Below, one piece after another: positions 62,496-64,000 of a stretch of DNA of 64,000 nt. The translations under genes and the position numbers were made by a program. The DNA comes from Hemiscyllium ocellatum (taxonomy: Eukaryota): NCBI RefSeq assembly GCF_020745735.1, contig NC_083433.1, positions 2,987,363 through 3,051,362 on the forward strand. Direction: 5' to 3'. The notes beneath the pieces are model-generated. The model ran no database searches. It saw only the letters and a list, made by a program, of their open reading frames with translations, and had not been told where the DNA came from. Numbering within the stretch: position 1 is the first letter of the stretch; every line of letters starts with the position of its first letter.

Positions 62496-62540
62496 GGACC
62501 ACTGAAGAAGGATCGCATTGCCAAGGAAGAAACTGCGTAA
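62496..62540 (+). CDS. RPL3: RPL3 exon 10
   Basis: GPLKKDRIAKEETA* (TAA 62538-62540). Confidence 0.97.
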   Translation, partial: GPLKKDRIAKEETA

Positions 62541-62574
62541 ACCATGGGCCAATTGTGACATTGTTCCAGTGTTC

Positions 62575-62580
62575 AATAAA
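62575..62580 (+). terminator. RPL3 polyadenylation signal
   Basis: AATAAA 34 nt after the stop, followed by a U/GU-rich tract. Confidence 0.85.
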
Positions 62581-63419
62581 GACTTTTATATTTAAAAATT
62601 GTTCTGTTTTCCTATAGTTTTGTAGCAGTCAGGATGTGCTTTGGTTAAATACTACATTTGTATTTAATACTAGCACTAATCTTTTGCTCCCATTGCAGCA
62701 GAGATGATCAGACTAACATCTAGAACGGGTGGGCTGTGTTGTAAAGAAAAGTTGGATTATTGGTGGGGTTTTGTAGAGGGAGGTGACTTGATACCAAACC
62801 ATCCTGAGATGCCTTGATGGAGTTGATGGGGAGAGGATGTTTTCTTGTTGGAAAGTCTAGAACTAGGCATTGCCAGTTTAAAAAGATGAGGTAATACCGA
62901 TCGAGTTGCTCAAGTTTGACAAAGTGAACGTTTTTCTGGACTGCCTTCAAATGCCTTGGATAAAGGGACCAAAACTGTTCACAAAGTATCTAGTGTAATC
63001 TTAGCAGATGACTTTTTTTTTGGTGTTTGGCTTTTATTTCAAAAAGGAATGAATGTTTGCTTGGATAACCCACTGGGATTGAATATGTGTAAATGTAGAT
63101 CAAGGGGTCATAACGTTAGGCTAACTAGGCAGCTGATTTAAAACGGGAGAAAGGACTGGCGAATCTGGATTTGGAACAGTTTGTGATGAGCTTTCCAGAA
63201 TAAGCAGCAATGAAAAGGTATTCTAATAATAAATTACTGGTGACTGGACTGGCAGATCTCAATCTAGGGTTATCCAGTAGTTTTATTCTTGTTTCATATG
63301 TAAATTATATAAAAACCGTGAATTAGTTTTTATTTTCGGAAATATGAAGGAATAATAGCTCATTTGCATCTGTTACCAAGAGTATATTTCTAAAGAGAGC
63401 ACGGATGCAATAGCTCATT

Positions 63420-63735
63420 GAGGGGGGGGCGGGTTATGAGGTGGCCATATTCCTTGATCGACATTAGGGACATCCAATCATATTGCAGTACGTTGTGATG
63501 GACAAGATATTGGCCAATTATCAGGTGATACTCCCTGACTGAACCAAAATATTCAAATCAGAACGGTGGGGATTCTGATGGATGGAGTGCTGGCCAATTA
63601 GAGCCGGACGCACCCCCTTTCAGCCGCAGCCAATGGGAGGGTGTTGCTAGGGCGCAGTAACCAAGGAGTCCGTGACTGCGGCTTGCGGCCTACCCGAAAC
63701 TGAGGCCTGGCCTAGGAGTAGCCAGGTTATTACCG
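63420..63735 (+). promoter_or_regulatory. IFT27 promoter: GC box, multiple CCAAT boxes, X-box-like sites
   Basis: GGGGCGGG at about 63426; CCAAT at 63474, 63514, 63594 and 63630; GTTGCTAGGG at 63643 and GTAACCAAGG at 63657; CpG rich. Confidence 0.7.
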
Positions 63736-63781
63736 ATGGAGTGACGAGGCCCATGGGCTTCAGAACCGAGCGGGAGGAGTC

Positions 63782-63815
63782 ATGGTCAAACTACGAGCCA
63801 AATGTGTGCTGGCTG
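63782..63815 (+). CDS. IFT27: intraflagellar transport protein 27 (RABL4) first coding exon; gene continues beyond the window
   Basis: MVKLRAKCVLAG|GTGAGT matches the recalled IFT27 N-terminus MVKLAAKCILAG; strong Kozak context and donor; only 11 codons are visible. Confidence 0.82.
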
Positions 63816-64000
63816 GTGAGTAATTAGAACAGGCGAGGACTTTACATTTGTAGAGCGCCGACCCCGTCCCCCAGTCAGTGTTCAAGGGCAGCAGTGAAAC
63901 AGCGAACACCAAAATCCCCGGCGCTGCCATCTGCAAATGATCAGGTTTTGTTTTCCCTCAGCACTGACCCTCCGACAGTGCGGCACTCCCTCAGCACTGA

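Noticed and set aside
63955-64000. REST/NRSE-like TCAGCAC..GACAG
   Set aside because: Spacing is wrong and it is the start of a 33-bp tandem unit related to the Deu-SINE sequence

Overview
Vertebrate genomic DNA, most likely from a cartilaginous fish (shark): the repeats resemble HE1/V-SINE, Deu-domain SINE, CR1/HER1, Rex1/Babar and Penelope families. Three genes are present. SYNGR1 lies on the minus strand: join 38100-37999, 8584-8347, 6191-6043, then either 4771-4670 (isoform-b-type end, 196 aa) or 2056-1841 (isoform-a-type end, 234 aa). A complete 10-exon RPL3 lies on the plus strand (54276-62540, 403 aa), with a TATA/TCT promoter and intronic SNORD43 and SNORD83. The first coding exon and promoter of IFT27 sit at the right edge. 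The rest is nested retroelement debris, three large purine/pyrimidine-skewed minisatellites and three N gaps. Best leads: (1) RPL3 intron 3 folds almost end to end and holds a C/D-box RNA candidate whose boxes can be sequestered by upstream intron sequence, a possible splicing switch; (2) about a dozen short, mostly palindromic, often TSD-flanked Penelope-terminal elements centred on minimal hammerhead ribozyme motifs, including a back-to-back pair in RPL3 intron 2; (3) a 1.5-kb AG-exclusion zone with distal branch-point/QKI/RBFOX motifs ahead of the SYNGR1a terminal exon; (4) a 40-bp-periodic array of TALE-decamer+CCAAT modules in the IFT27 promoter. Family names and human comparisons come from recalled motifs; no searches or folding programs were run.
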